In this document: positions 27,301 through 38,641 of the stretch, one piece after another
How the letters are laid out: each line of letters starts with the position of its first letter
Numbering within the stretch: the stretch's first letter is position 1
Assembly (NCBI GenBank): GCA_964658305.1
Contig: OZ210885.1
Location: 7,936,001-8,000,000 of the forward strand
DNA: 64,000 nt
From: Leptogorgia sarmentosa
Lineage: Eukaryota
Direction: 5' to 3'
The notes under the pieces: model-generated
The model's input: only the letters and a program-made list of their open reading frames with translations
Told to the model about the DNA's origin: nothing
Database searches by the model: none
Made by a program: the position numbers and the translations under genes

Positions 27301-27914
27301 ATAATGCTAATAATACAGTACCTGTTTTATTCCAGAAATCTAGTTCATCACAAATTATTTTTTCGTCAGCTATTGGTAAATTTAACATTTTGACCAAAGA
27401 TTCCAATGCTTGGAACGAGTCATTGAACATATGTAGTGTCCATTCAGAGATGTTACAATGAGCCCATGGGTTTCTGATGTCCGACCGAACTCTGTTTGCT
27501 TCAGCTGCAGCGCCAGAAGATACAAAAGGAGCTGCCTTGCCGATAATAGTCAAAAGTGCTGACATATCCATGGTTTCATCAAATCCAGTGAAATGTGCCA
27601 TAAAGTCCGTGACGAATAGTTTCGCCAACGAGACAGGATCTTTAACAGCATAATCATAAGCTGCTTTAGTACGCTTGTGGATAATGTTATTGTTAATGTT
27701 TTGATATTGTAGGTTATGGGTGGAAGGGGGTAATTTCTTAATTTTGTATGCTGCGAAATCTTGCTTGTGAATTTCATCAGGTGGTTGGCATAAAGAATGA
27801 TACCATTTCCCAAGTTCAGTGTCGACAACTTTCCTCAATGCAGGTGCAAGAACTTTGGTAAAGGCAATGCCAACTAAAACCCAATGTTGTTCTTCCTCTG
27901 ATATCATTATCGTT
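3289..27914 (-). CDS. Gene A (whole span): spliced HEPN - coiled coil - NB-ARC - helical - WD40 protein (APAF1-like STAND NTPase), 3' end unresolved
   Basis: 12 exons with AG/GT boundaries and matching intron phases: 27914-27322, 26294-26200, 23354-23171, 21887-21550, 21012-20370, 19376-18966, 16935-16690, 13539-13321, 8762-8553, 7748-7505, 6177-5945, 3398-3289. From ATG 27907 these join to 3519 nt (1173 codons) without a stop. The first 7 exons are mirrored in paralog B. Confidence 0.88.
4421..5429. mobile_element. Old foldback/MITE with diverged arms of about 130 bp, interrupted by a younger MITE
   Basis: 4421-4548 is an imperfect reverse complement of 5297-5429. Confidence 0.65.
4652..5165. 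mobile_element. MITE (514 bp), TIR about 85 bp, 7-bp TSD ATACACT
   Basis: Termini CACCCGTTAAACAAAGACC...GGTCTTTGTTCAACGGCTG; second copy at 15467-15982 in the opposite orientation. Confidence 0.9.
5945..6177 (-). CDS. Gene A WD40 exon
   Basis: tttcag|C GGT GTT (phase 2 fits the previous exon); reads VLTASRDGSIRVWNL...WVSTSTDGTFKVWNL; donor G|gtatag. Confidence 0.88.
7505..7748 (-). CDS. Gene A WD40 exon
   Basis: DSGKNNPMLVSGSYDWTIKIWDLKT...IISGDDEGSVRL...YEGHTMEI; ttttag acceptor and AG|gtgggt donor (phase 2). Confidence 0.88.
8553..8762 (-). CDS. Gene A WD40 exon
   Basis: GLKVYC...VWSLCTTKDGQFIATVGFEDEAIKLWKADT...LVGHTRWVTCVVAT; ttgtag acceptor and G|gtatgc donor. Confidence 0.88.
10021..11182. 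mobile_element. hAT-type non-autonomous element, 8-bp TSD GGTGTTGG
   Basis: CAGGGCCGTAG...CTACGGCCCTG termini with a perfect 8-bp duplication. Confidence 0.88.
10254..10680. mobile_element. Nested hAT-type MITE
   Basis: CAGGGGCGTAGC...GCTAAGCCACTG termini; flanks ATAACAAT/ATGACAAT (7/8 match). Confidence 0.75.
11487..12921. mobile_element. Older hAT-like element (TSD not preserved)
   Basis: CAGTGGCGTAA...TTACGCCGCTG termini; hosts the element at 11644-12552. Confidence 0.55.
11644..12552. mobile_element. Nested hAT-type element, 8-bp TSD GTAGCTAG
   Basis: CAAGGGCGTCAATCC...GGATTGACGCCCTTG perfect TIR and TSD. Confidence 0.88.
13321..13539 (-). CDS. Gene A WD40 exon
   Basis: GREVQQLLGHSKRVSCVAVSQSGTILASGSWDGSTILW...; aaacag acceptor and G|gtaagc donor. 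Confidence 0.9.
15148..16026. mobile_element. PIF/Harbinger-like MITE hosting a nested MITE
   Basis: GGGACCTTAAGATCTA...TAGATCTTAAGGTCCC TIR with TA-containing flanks; related termini at about 17404-17781. Confidence 0.7.
15467..15982. mobile_element. MITE (516 bp), 7-bp TSD AGACCCC, same family as 4652-5165
   Basis: CAGCCGTTGAAC...GTTTAACGGGTG termini; full-length inverted match to 4652-5165. Confidence 0.9.
16690..16935 (-). CDS. Gene A exon: helical domain end and first WD40 repeat
   Basis: ttccag|GCAGACTG; reads GRLLSYEEFPGIKTLL...VWSLATS...GSITIFDLDT; donor G|gtaggt. Confidence 0.88.
18966..19376 (-). CDS. Gene A exon: MHD-equivalent (LHD) and APAF-1-type helical domain
   Basis: tttcag|GATCTGAT; reads GSDLHGKKTYRLHDLLLGFA...YYFKYLTYHLHSS...FNWLYEKV...LISDF...GPQLL; donor G|gtaatt. 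Confidence 0.9.
20370..21012 (-). CDS. Gene A NB-ARC exon 2 (Walker B, sensor I, GLPL-like, winged helix)
   Basis: CLVILDDVW, LLITTR, CGDLPLALSLVG, FLDFALFPED; ttgcag acceptor and G|gtaaat donor. Confidence 0.93.
21550..21887 (-). CDS. Gene A NB-ARC exon 1 (Walker A)
   Basis: VVGIRGMGGLGKTILA P-loop; ttgtag acceptor and ACG|gtatgt donor. Confidence 0.92.
23171..23354 (-). CDS. Gene A short coiled-coil exon
   Basis: attcag|ATAAATCCAGTG; reads INPVMEKLDNIQSKMKEIERSAAEKFEHHSRELKRLAEK...DKK; donor G|gtggtg; homologous to the B exon at 53410-54442. Confidence 0.78.
23474..24880 (-). mobile_element. Degenerate Crypton/DUF3504-like (tyrosine recombinase-derived) element
   Basis: The minus strand at about 24290-24464 reads LDCFYAE...KKRNGDEYEADSLKVILTAV...IIRDRDFSSFKQVL, resembling the FY.E.RK..G.EY.P.SL motif of Crypton/ZMYM/KCTD1-type proteins. 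Interrupted by a MITE; boundaries approximate. Confidence 0.55.
23586..24286. mobile_element. hAT-type MITE with internal tandem repeats of about 30 bp
   Basis: CAGGGCCGGATTA...TAATCCGGGACTG termini; flanks ATTGTTTC/GTTGTTTC; GGGCCCCAAATTGACACGCAAACCAG repeated at about 23908-24075. Confidence 0.8.
26200..26294 (-). CDS. Gene A small linker exon (DILVDGRHAKLIAESVAELCRCIKNYDLDATK)
   Basis: Not in the ORF track. Polypyrimidine ttccag acceptor and AAG|gtttga donor; phase 1 to 0 bridges the flanking exons; the paralog copy differs by an in-frame 3-nt indel. Confidence 0.8.
27322..27914 (-). CDS. Gene A exon: N-terminal HEPN-like (DZIP3/hRUL138-type) domain
   Basis: ttcatag|AACGATAATG acceptor; reads MISEEEQHWVLVGIAFTKVLAPALR...RSDIRNPWAHCN...FWNKT; donor G|gtactg. 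R-x4-H motif present; all-helical character. Confidence 0.82.
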
Positions 27915-29189
27915 CTATGAAGTAAACATAAAATAATGGTGTTACAATTTTAGCTACCAAAGCACAAAGCTTTTGTAAACAGTACAGACATAATTACTTT
28001 TTGACATTTTAATGTTTTACAAATATGTGAAAGTAGAAGTTTCTTTGAAAAGACTGGTATGTCCTTTGAAAATACTGTATGAGTAACCCAGTTTTGAAAA
28101 ATCAGACAAGCCAGATTTATTCAATTTGTAAGGCGAGTGGAAAGTATTGACCACCTAACGCTGTCTGCAAATATTCGGCTTCGTTGCTTCGCAGTGTGTT
28201 CCGTATTTCGAGCATATTATGGATAGTTGTAAACTGACGACGATCAAATATATTTCTTTCGTTATTTGTGTCATTCAAGCTGTGCCACTCTAAATAATAT
28301 AATAATCGCTTTAAAGTCACTTAGATCATAGACAAATCAGTGGCGTAACCGAGGGGTGTCAGGGTGTCCAGTGACAGGGGGGCCCACGAACGTTAGGGCC
28401 CCCCGACAAAATGAACATAAAAAATTGATAGCACATTTCTGGGGAATTCAAATACGAAAAACAGACAGATAGGTAGGTGCGGGTGGAGTTGCCTATTAAT
28501 TGGGACTTATGGTGTATCCTTTACCTGTTCGTTGGAAGAGAGAAGCGAAATTCATTAAATTCAAATTCGGGTTCGAGTCTATTCTGTAACAAAGTGAGGT
28601 TTGCCGTTGTGACAATCGTCTATGCTCAGATTTAAGTAAGACATTGTATTTTTTACACATAATGTCCATCCGGAAATATGCATATGTATATCTATACATA
28701 GCCTACAGATATAGGGAATAATGAATTTATTAATAAACGTCGCACCTTCGCAACTACAGTGCGGCGGTTAATCGAGGATAAAAGAGAACTCACGCAGGGA
28801 CGTTTTTAACAACACGGTTGTCAAGGTGACGATGATGTGACGGAAATTGATATTCTATTCTGAACAGTTTTTGTTCATTCGTTAGGTTGTTAGGCAATAA
28901 AAATTACGAGCATTTACGGTACCTCCATGCTATCAGTCAAATATTTTTAATCTTCCAATAATTAAAAATGAAAGTTTTATGTTATGAGATGTATCCATGA
29001 CCTTTTACTGATAGAAATGTTGCTGAAGATATAATATAGTTTTTAATGAAATTTGTAAACAAAATTGCGCGAGGGTACACACTACCAGTATTGAAGTTTG
29101 CTTTCCTATGAATTTAAAGGCCTCGTCGAAATCCAATCATAATTAAGAGCAGGAAATTTGCGATACAGACTGTAAGTTGTCAAATTACA

Positions 29190-32100
29190 ATGCAATTAAG
29201 GTCCGTCTGCGTGTTGTTTGGCTCTCTGGTCATTGCATGTTCAAGTCTGAATAAGCTCAGTTCAATTTAGGATTTTCAGTAAATCGTGCCACGTAGCGCT
29301 GTATGTCTAATGCATGACATGCCAATGACTGAACATTCGCCGGAGTCATACGTCTCCATGATATAATAACCCCAAGAATACACTGCAGATAGTCATGAAA
29401 AGCTTTTTATAGCATTCAATAAATATAATTAATGATTCATGATCCCGACCTTTTCAGATCAAAACGTTTGAAATGATATCTAGTTTTAGTCTGAAAAATT
29501 TACGTCTACAACACTACAACATACAAACAAACGCTTTTGCATGACGAACGAGGTGTTTATGTGTTCACGAAATCACAGATAAAGCAAGAGAAAACATACT
29601 CCAAGTGCACGTTTGTTTGGCATTTTGTTGCAGACGCATGATATCGTGCTTTGAAAGGAATTTGCAATGAGACATTTTACAACGTTACTCTGCAAACTGG
29701 AAACAATTTCGAAACATTTTCGTAGAGTCACCGAGTGTTAAAATGACTTTTGAAAGAAAAAGCGATTCTGTATTCATTTTGTGTCACATAACTCAACGCC
29801 GTCATATCTCGCGAACGTTCGAGCAATTCTGTTTGCGGGTTTCACTTGAATGGTGCTGGGTCGAAGAACAATATAACTGACATAACTCAGCAAGACACTC
29901 ATAATGTGACATTTTACGTGGGAACAGAAAGCCGCAATGATTAGATTAGGGTCAGCAATAAAGATTATAAATATAACTAAAAAATAAATAAAATAATTAT
30001 AAAATTCGAATTTTCGAACAAAGGTTCTTAGTCGAACTTTTGCTAAAATACAACCTTGGTGAGTGGATTTTCCGCTGCTCTTGATGCTATTATTCGTCAG
30101 ATTATACCTAAATTGACGATGAACTTCGACAAAAGGCATTCGCTACAAATATTGAAACTTATTAATTGCATGGTTTAGGTAGTGAGCAAAACCCTTTCTG
30201 GTTTGCTGTTGTGATCCGCTACCTGCACTGGCGCGCCGCATATTGAATATTTCCTTACACACTACTCGGTAAAAATAATTCAGTGACAATAAATTTGATG
30301 AATTCTACTCACCACAAGACATTCTGTGTATAAACTACATGAAGCTGAAGCAAGTTGCTGTTTAAGCTTCGGGAATATTGTTGCGAAGTGCAAAGTAATG
30401 CATGTTGGGTTTCATGCAACAAAACAGTACATTGAAATGATTTCTGTCACAATAATAAGACATCTGAACGACCAATACAAGCTTACCCTATGACGTAAAA
30501 TACCAAAACCTGAAAGCGATAAAGGTCCACCTGTTGTTTAGTCCCTGGTTATTGCATGCTCAAGTCTGTATTGAATAAGCCCGAAGTGAGGATGGAGGCT
30601 GCTTTGTTTGGCAATGCTCAATTCAATTTAGGATTTCAACAAATCGTGCAAAGTAGCGCTGTTTGCATGACATGTCAGCGATTGAACACGCACCAGTCAC
30701 ATGTATGTTCACCATGATATAACCACCCAAGAATCAGTACAGATAGTAACGAAAAGCTTTAAAGCATTTAATAAATAATGATTCATGACCTCAGCTTTTA
30801 CAAAGGGATCCAAATCTTGTCTAGTTTTATCAGTATCTTGTCTGAATAATTTAAGTTTAATTTACAAACAAGCGCTCTTGCATTACAAATATCTTAGATA
30901 AACTAAGTGGTGATATGAGGAGTTTATGTGCAATACAAGGCTCACGAGATCACAGATAATTAAAAGTAAGAGCGACATAGAACACCCTCATATAACCTGA
31001 AACGATATTACACGTATTCAACTTGTCGTCACATATCGAGAACGTTCCAGCAATTGTGTTTGCGGGTTTCACTTGAATAATGCTGGGTCGAAAAACAATA
31101 TAACAGGAAGACACTCATGACACAAGTTGCGTGGGAGCAAAGAGCAGCAATGATTTGTTCAGGTTGAACAGAATTAGATTTAGAGATTATTCAATTGTAT
31201 AATATTAGCTGGATTTAATATTTAGCTCTTATTCAAAAGCGATGTCTGAACGACCAATAGAAACTTGCCGTATGAAGTAAAATACCAAAATATGGTTCGT
31301 TTTTGATGAGTTCGTAGCTGTACAGAAACGCACAATACGACACAACTTGTGTTGTCACTTTTAATCCGTCATGAATTTAAAATCATCGGGTGGTATTGTC
31401 CCTCTTCTTGGGAAATATAATTATCATATGAATGTAAAATTAAAGCCAGTTCGCATATGAAATTTCGCAAAGATTTTGACAGTTCAATACCATGGATCAC
31501 AGTGAAGTAGATGTTACCGTGATTTTCAAGCATAAGTCGTGTGTTACAGAGGGAAAGAGTTTTGTAGATATACGCGTGAGAATATTAGAACGAAAGCACA
31601 TATCCTACATTCCTTTGAAGAACCCCACAGTTTGTTTTTTGAAATATTTTTAATATCTCCACTGCACGACAAGTTGCTTTGGGTTCATTTCAATGCATTG
31701 AATTTTGTCATCCCGTGGTATTGAGATTCTGCCAAGGCCATTTACACGATAAGATTTGTATTATAGCGTTTGGAATGCATGCAGTAAACATGCGTGAATA
31801 CAATGAAATGCCGTCGTAACGTAATCAACAGGGAATGAGACATCACCACTCATTTCCATAAGTCAGAATACGAATCGTATAAGATATTCGCATCGTGTGG
31901 ATGGGCCTTTATATAGGTTTACTTTAGTGTACTAACTAAAATTTTATAGCATGATATTGAGATTGCATATGTGTTATCTGTCTTGGGACATTCGGTCCAT
32001 ATTGCACTATATTAGACAAACAATACGCATATATAGTACACTGAAAGGCATAATAGACAATCACAAAAACGTCCGCTATAATACAATTTACTTGCACGCT

Positions 32101-32980
32101 GTCAGTCAATTTAATCTCAGTCTTGCATTAATTAACAATGAATGTTTTATGCTAGACGCAATCTATCAATCTATCGCTGAAAACCTGAAAGCTATAAAGG
32201 TCCACCTGTTGTTTGGTCCCTGGTTATTGCATGCTCAAGTCTGTATTGAATAAGACCGAAGTGAGGATGGAGGCTGCTTTGTTTGGCAATGCTCAATTCA
32301 ATTTAGGATTTTCAACAAATCGTGCCAAGTAGCGCTGTATGCATGACATGTCAGCGATTGAACACGCACCAGTCATATGTATGTTCACCATGATATAACC
32401 ACCCAAGAATCAGTACAGATAGTAATGAAAAGCTTTAAAGCATTTAATAAATAATGATTCATGACCTCAGCTTTTATAAAAAGATCAAAATCTTGTCTAG
32501 TTTTATCAGTATCTTGTCTGAATAAATTATGTTTAATTTACAAACAAGCGCTCTTGCATGACAAATACCTTAGATAAACTAAGTGGTGATATGAGGAGTA
32601 TATGTGCAATACAAGGCTCACGAGATCACAGATAAAAGTAAGAGCGACATAGAACACCCTCACATAACCTGAGACGATATTACACGAATGGTAGAAGCGT
32701 AAAGGCATGTTTGTTTGTCATTGTGTTGCAACGTCATCAGATGGATATTGTGCTTTGAAAAGAAATTTGTAATATTGCATTTATTGTGCAAAGTTATTAG
32801 TACTCACCGAATGTTGAATTCGCAATGATGTTAAAAGGGCAAACGCTTCTGTTTTCAACCTCTACGACGTAAATAAATGTCGTCACATATTGCGAACGTT
32901 CTAACAATTGTGTTTGCTTGTTTCAGTTGAATGGTGCTGGGTCGAAGAACAATATAACAGTAAGACACTCATGTACGTGT
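29190..32980 (+). repeat. Three diverged direct copies of a non-coding unit of about 0.7-0.8 kb (about 29190-29940, 30505-31160, 32180-32980)
   Basis: Shared blocks such as aaggtccacctgttgttt..ggttattgcatgctcaagtctg and gctgggtcgaagaacaatataac; copies 2 and 3 are nearly identical over about 500 bp. Confidence 0.8.
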
Positions 32981-34286
32981 GGCAACAGCATGTAAGTTTA
33001 CATATTGATCGGCTGTTTCTCTAGGTTGCAGTGAAACTAGACACTGAATGAAGTACCACTCCTAAAATTCTCAGGACAGGCGGCACAGCATATATATAAT
33101 AATAAAGTCGAAATGTATATGTCTTGTACAAAGCAGTATATGCTATTGTACATGCAAGCTGTATCATATTAATCTTTTTCTCATTCTTACATAAAATAAG
33201 GATAAGGATAGAATTCCGTATCAATGTATATTTTTTTATGGAAGAAGAAGGTATATTTTGCGGCTCGCGTTAGATAGGTCTGTTTACAAATAGTGTGACT
33301 GCTTTCCGATCTTTGATTTATTAATTGCACATCATACATTCATACCATGCAATGGTAATAATGCAATAGTAATAATGGACACAATTATACGATGTTTGCT
33401 TCTAATACCATGGCTCAAGGTCTTAAATATGATACCGGGATCTCACAAATCACGACTGAATCATGAAGGAATCTCGACATGATCTCGTAGGATCAACCGT
33501 GTCTGGGGTTGTCGAAGCGAGGAGTTGAAATAGTTCATGAATTACGGACGATGAATGAGGTCAACCAACACTACATAATTTTGCTATAGGTTACGCCAAC
33601 ACATCAAAAACTAAAATACCAACAATGTCCGTTTTGCAGAGGTACTAGATTGGTAGATTATAAATTACATACTAACACACTTACCTACCAGTCCCTGTTG
33701 ATTTCCACAAGAGGCGACCGGAGTAAAGATTGTTCCTAGACAAATCAGAAATATATTATGAAATCAAAAATCGTGGGAATCAAATGATGTGATATATATC
33801 AATACGCGATTCATATGTATTCCTACGAGGAATCGTATTGTCTGTGACGTATGCTAGCAGGACATTTGCTGTCCTTTGATGTTGTTATTCACAACCTGGC
33901 CACGTATTGAAATTTTCCACTTTTCTAATCAGCATAGACTTTTCCCATGCTTGTTTTTGCCAACAACAACATGTGATGATCCAGAAATATTATGACAAGA
34001 TCTCGAACGTCAAAGAAGAGCTGATAACAACATAAACACACAGCAAAGAAAGGTTCTACTTGAACGACACATTTCACGTTTCGAGTAATGGCCCACCTTC
34101 CGGCGGCAATTTGTAATTAAGTAACTCCCAACGAAGGGCCTTCGCTCAAAACTTCAACTCAAGTCTTCTACTGATCACACATGGTGAGATGTCATGAAGT
34201 GGGATCATATAAGCCGGCCCTTCAAGTAACATTGTGTCATGTAGTAATTCTACCTATATCGGGGACGCAAATTTCTAATCTGCCGA

Positions 34287-34525
34287 CAGTCGAGCACCTC
34301 AATAATAGTCGAACACCTCATTCACTCGTATTCAGCAACTCAACAGCGCTTAACACTAACCCAAACCGGGCAAACCCTATTCCTAACCCTAACTTTAAAC
34401 ATTGACAAAATAAAATGCGTATTTTGAAAAAAATAGTTGAAAAATTATTATTATGCTTATTTCTAATGCCACTGCTGTTCATGTAATACAGTGAGGTGTC
34501 CGACCATCTTGGAGGTGTCCGACGG
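34287..34525. mobile_element. Degenerate MITE
   Basis: Imperfect inverted termini cagtcgagcacctc..gtcgaacacctca / tgaggtgtccgac..gaggtgtccgacgg with an internal TAACCC-like tract. Confidence 0.5.
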
Positions 34526-37500
34526 AATCGAAATAAGCATCGGGGACTATTATAAGTATGTCATAAACGTTTAAATATGTTAATTTGTATGCACTTTAGC
34601 TTTAATTTTCTCAGTTTAGATGAAGTTATAATTTTGAAAATTTAACTCATAAACATGGCTCCCTTTGTAAGCCATTTCAACCTCTTGTAGTTGAGTTTTA
34701 TCAGATCCCCTCCTACGTTTGCTTTATATAAAATAACTGATACTTGAATATTTGTGCATGATGTCCTCGCAGAGTGCGACAAATATATGTAAATGATAAC
34801 AAATAAGAATAAAACATGATATTGTCAGTTTGAAAAACAAACTAAAGCAATAACATGATAAATAATCACCTTTGTCGACGCTCAATTCAATTTGGTGAAT
34901 CTTGACGATATTTTAAAATACAACCATCAATTCACACAACAATATTGCGCTTCGTTCCCTCATCTGCAAGACAGGAAAATTCTATTGAAACGAAGCTAAT
35001 TAATCATCTTTATTTTTCTATACATAATATACCTTGAATAACAAGATTGTTCTAGATTTAAGTGATTTAAAATGACCAACAGTGTTTCAATACACCATGC
35101 AGGGAAGGCTTTTGTTGTGTTTCCGCCACTTTTATAACTATTTTAATTATGTCAAGTTCATTAATAATCCCCTACCGTTAAAAGGTTGATACAAATATGA
35201 TTAAGTCTAACATTGTTCATGTACTTTTGTATAGAACATGCATATACCCATTATATTGCCATAGAGCGAAAGTATAGAATAGAATTCAGTCTGTGGTCGC
35301 ACATCCATAGGACAATGTGCTGAATCTTGGATCTTATTTAGTACTCTTCACATGCAGTTTAGCTTGAGTTATGGAAGGAATACAGTAAACCACAGAACAA
35401 TAAATGAATGAAATTCACCAAAATGGTATTTCCGCGGCTGAACTTTTCACATTCGAGTTAATTAACTCTTCAATTCGCAGTATACCATATATTTTTATGT
35501 TTTTTTATGTAAACTATTTGTTGATCGTGATTTCATCAGATTTAGTTATCGCGTAATTCAAATAATAATACCCAGACACAAAGCGACGTTTGATTATGCT
35601 TTCACGTTTCAGAAATCTCATTTTTATTGCATCCGACAGAACAGGATAAGGTTCGAGCTTGGGTTGGCTAGGGTTAGGACTAGGGAGAGGCTCTCATTAG
35701 GTTGAAACGACAACCACGGCTATGCTGAAATATGATCACAAAGATGGCGCACCATTGCTTGAATAATTAGATCACACAATCCAAAGAATTCTCTTGAAAA
35801 AACTCTGTGAGTAAGACACCTTGTCGCCTCAATAAATACTCTTTTGAAACCAGAGCAAGATATATTGCGGGTATGGCCAGATGCATGATGTTTTAATTTG
35901 CAAAAACAAACTGATATGCATGAATTGATTTACCTTTCAAATGGCTTGCTTCAACTCCGTCAATCCAAACAACAAAATACAGTCAAATGTAATAGGGAGA
36001 TGTTATATTGTCGTCTGCAATTAAGACACAACAATTTCATTGAAACCCAAAATTCACATGCAGCATTGATTTTGTATACTAAACCCAACACACAAGTTGT
36101 ATGCTAATTTTGAATAGGCCAATAAATTCATAATTTGTAGCTACGTTTTTGGTTTAAGCACATTAATAATGACCTAATTATTTCAACATGCGCTTCTACC
36201 GTGCCGAACTAAATTTGTGACTTGTTGAATTCGACTATGAAGGGACCATTAGTAATTAAAACTACATTTCCATATGAAACATGGATATGGCCATACAGCC
36301 GTAGAGCGAAAGTAGAGCTTATACACATAGCTAACACACTGTGCTGCATGAATCTTAGATCTTGTTATTCTGGATCAATGGCGCTATAGAACAACACACA
36401 TTTAATTGATTAAATTTAGGTTCAATTTTTGACAACATTAATATGCGAATGTCTTGAAACATTTGCTGATTTAAATTTAAATGTAATTTGGGATAAACGT
36501 CTTTGTTAACTAGCTACTTCTGATCACAATTGTGTAGCATTCATAGTTCAGATTGAATTATTAATACATGCATGAAACTACAATACTTACTATCTACACG
36601 TAATTAATACTGTAAATATATTATTGTAATGACAACTTACATTGCCTTTTATTGTATCTTTTCACTACTTCATGTTAATAGTTCTAATATATTGTACGTA
36701 CGCTGTTATATATTTGTTTTAGCAATTACGATAGTGTAAATAATTTTGCATTTTTATCACTTTGTGGGCAAATAAAACTTCAAAATACACTAAAATTGTG
36801 TCACGCCTCAACATTCAATTTATCTAATGAGTTGTCATTGTTTTCCCGCATCCTCAAATTCCATTTTTGGCTATTGCATCAGTTAGATCGGAATTAGGAA
36901 CAGGTTCTAATCAGATTTAAACCGGAACATTTACCACAGTTATATTGAAATGTCAATTGGAATATGATTGAGAAAAATTATGGAGTATTTCTTTAGTACA
37001 GCATTTTCCAAGCATGCCTACGTATTTGTAAAATGTTCACAGTGTGCGGTAAAGCTGAAGCTAAATCACTGTGAATCAAAGGATATGAAAACTTTGAATT
37101 GGGCAACTAATTTATAAATATACTCTTAAAAAAGGGAAGATCTTACAAACTCGGATCACAAATTGTATATATACAAATAAGACTGCATGTACATCGATAT
37201 TTAATAACATACAGACATTATCATATTATGATATTGTCATATTCCAATTGCGAATATTTTACCTTTTAAATCGCTTGCTTCAATTCCGTTAATCTAAACC
37301 AAAAGAGCTTTAATATCAAGGAACACTCCGTGTTAATACTTCGGTTTTATACTCGATCAACATAGAGACAAAAATATATCTCACTGGCATCAAACTGTCT
37401 GATGTTCACAGGGTTCTGTGATAATTTAAATATATAATTTGCTTTGCAATAACAAAATATATTGGCCCGGTGTGATTGAATGATCATGAATAATAGCATA

Positions 37501-37996
37501 CCATGTATCATGCAGTGAGTCTGTTTTTTACCCCGCAATTTCTTTAGATATCCCCTACAGATATACGTAGGTCGGTACAAGCCATGGAGCGCGATTGTGG
37601 CTTCATATACTGGAATCTTCCGAGTAATTCTGAACTGAACATTTATCTTGTCTTACTATTCGCTCAACACCAGAATTCTTAACCATGCGGCCTGAAATGA
37701 TCAATCCCCCCTCTGGGCGCTCAATTCAAAGTATGTAACATTTATCATGGATTGAAAGGTTTGGAAGTATACTATTTTATCTTTTTTTCAGTATTTTTAC
37801 ACCAAAAATTGATCAAGGTAAACCTTGGTTATAAGCATATTAGACATGGGAGCAAAAAAATTACGTCAGAATAAATAAAATTGATATGTATCACATCTGA
37901 CGCTCTTTACATTTGATATTCTGTAATACTCGCAAAATGCGCTGCGTTCTAAATTATCTGTAAAACCAGGAACGGGGAATCGGGGAACGGAACGAG

Positions 37997-38226
37997 AAAA
38001 CCCGGAACATGAAAAGCGGGAATCTGTAAAACCCGGAACATGAAAAGCGGGAATCTGTAAAACCCGGAACATGAAAAGCCGGAATCTGTAAATCCCGGAA
38101 CATGAAAAGCCGGAATCTGTAAAACCCGGAACATGAAAAGCCGGAATCTGTAAAACCCGGAACATGAAAAGCCGGAATCTGTAAAACCCGGAACATGAAA
38201 AGCCGGAATCTGTAAAACCCGGAACG
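37997..38226. repeat. 31-bp minisatellite, about 7 copies
   Basis: GTAAAACCCGGAACATGAAAAGC(C/G)GGAATCT in tandem. Confidence 0.95.
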
Positions 38227-38641
38227 AGGTTTTACGGCAAAATGAGCATGTTTATGTTACACAGTCTCTCATGTAATAATAATGTAAAATGTACTTTTGA
38301 CTGAACTTGTTATGCAATCTACCATGCAGATACAGATAGATAAAAAATTGAAACATTTTCGCAACGTTCGCAACGAAACCAGGGCAAGCACTTAGGATTA
38401 ATTTTCTTTCATTTATGACGAGTGCACTTTAGCAAAAACTTTTAATTTATCCGGTTTTCGTGCTCTATGATATTTTACACACTGCAATAAAAATCTGTCG
38501 GACTTGCCGGACGAGCCGTAGACCTTCGATTTAGGTACAAACGATAATACTATGAATCATATATGACCCTAACATATACTCACATAGTCAGAGAGATAGA
38601 AGGGAAAGGAAAACGCAGCGTAAGATGGAAAGAAAGGTCGA

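Noticed and set aside
37866..38226. 31-bp repeats as a CRISPR array or repetitive protein genes
   Set aside because: Head-to-tail units with no unique spacers, eukaryotic context and no cas genes; the ORFs are repeat artefacts.
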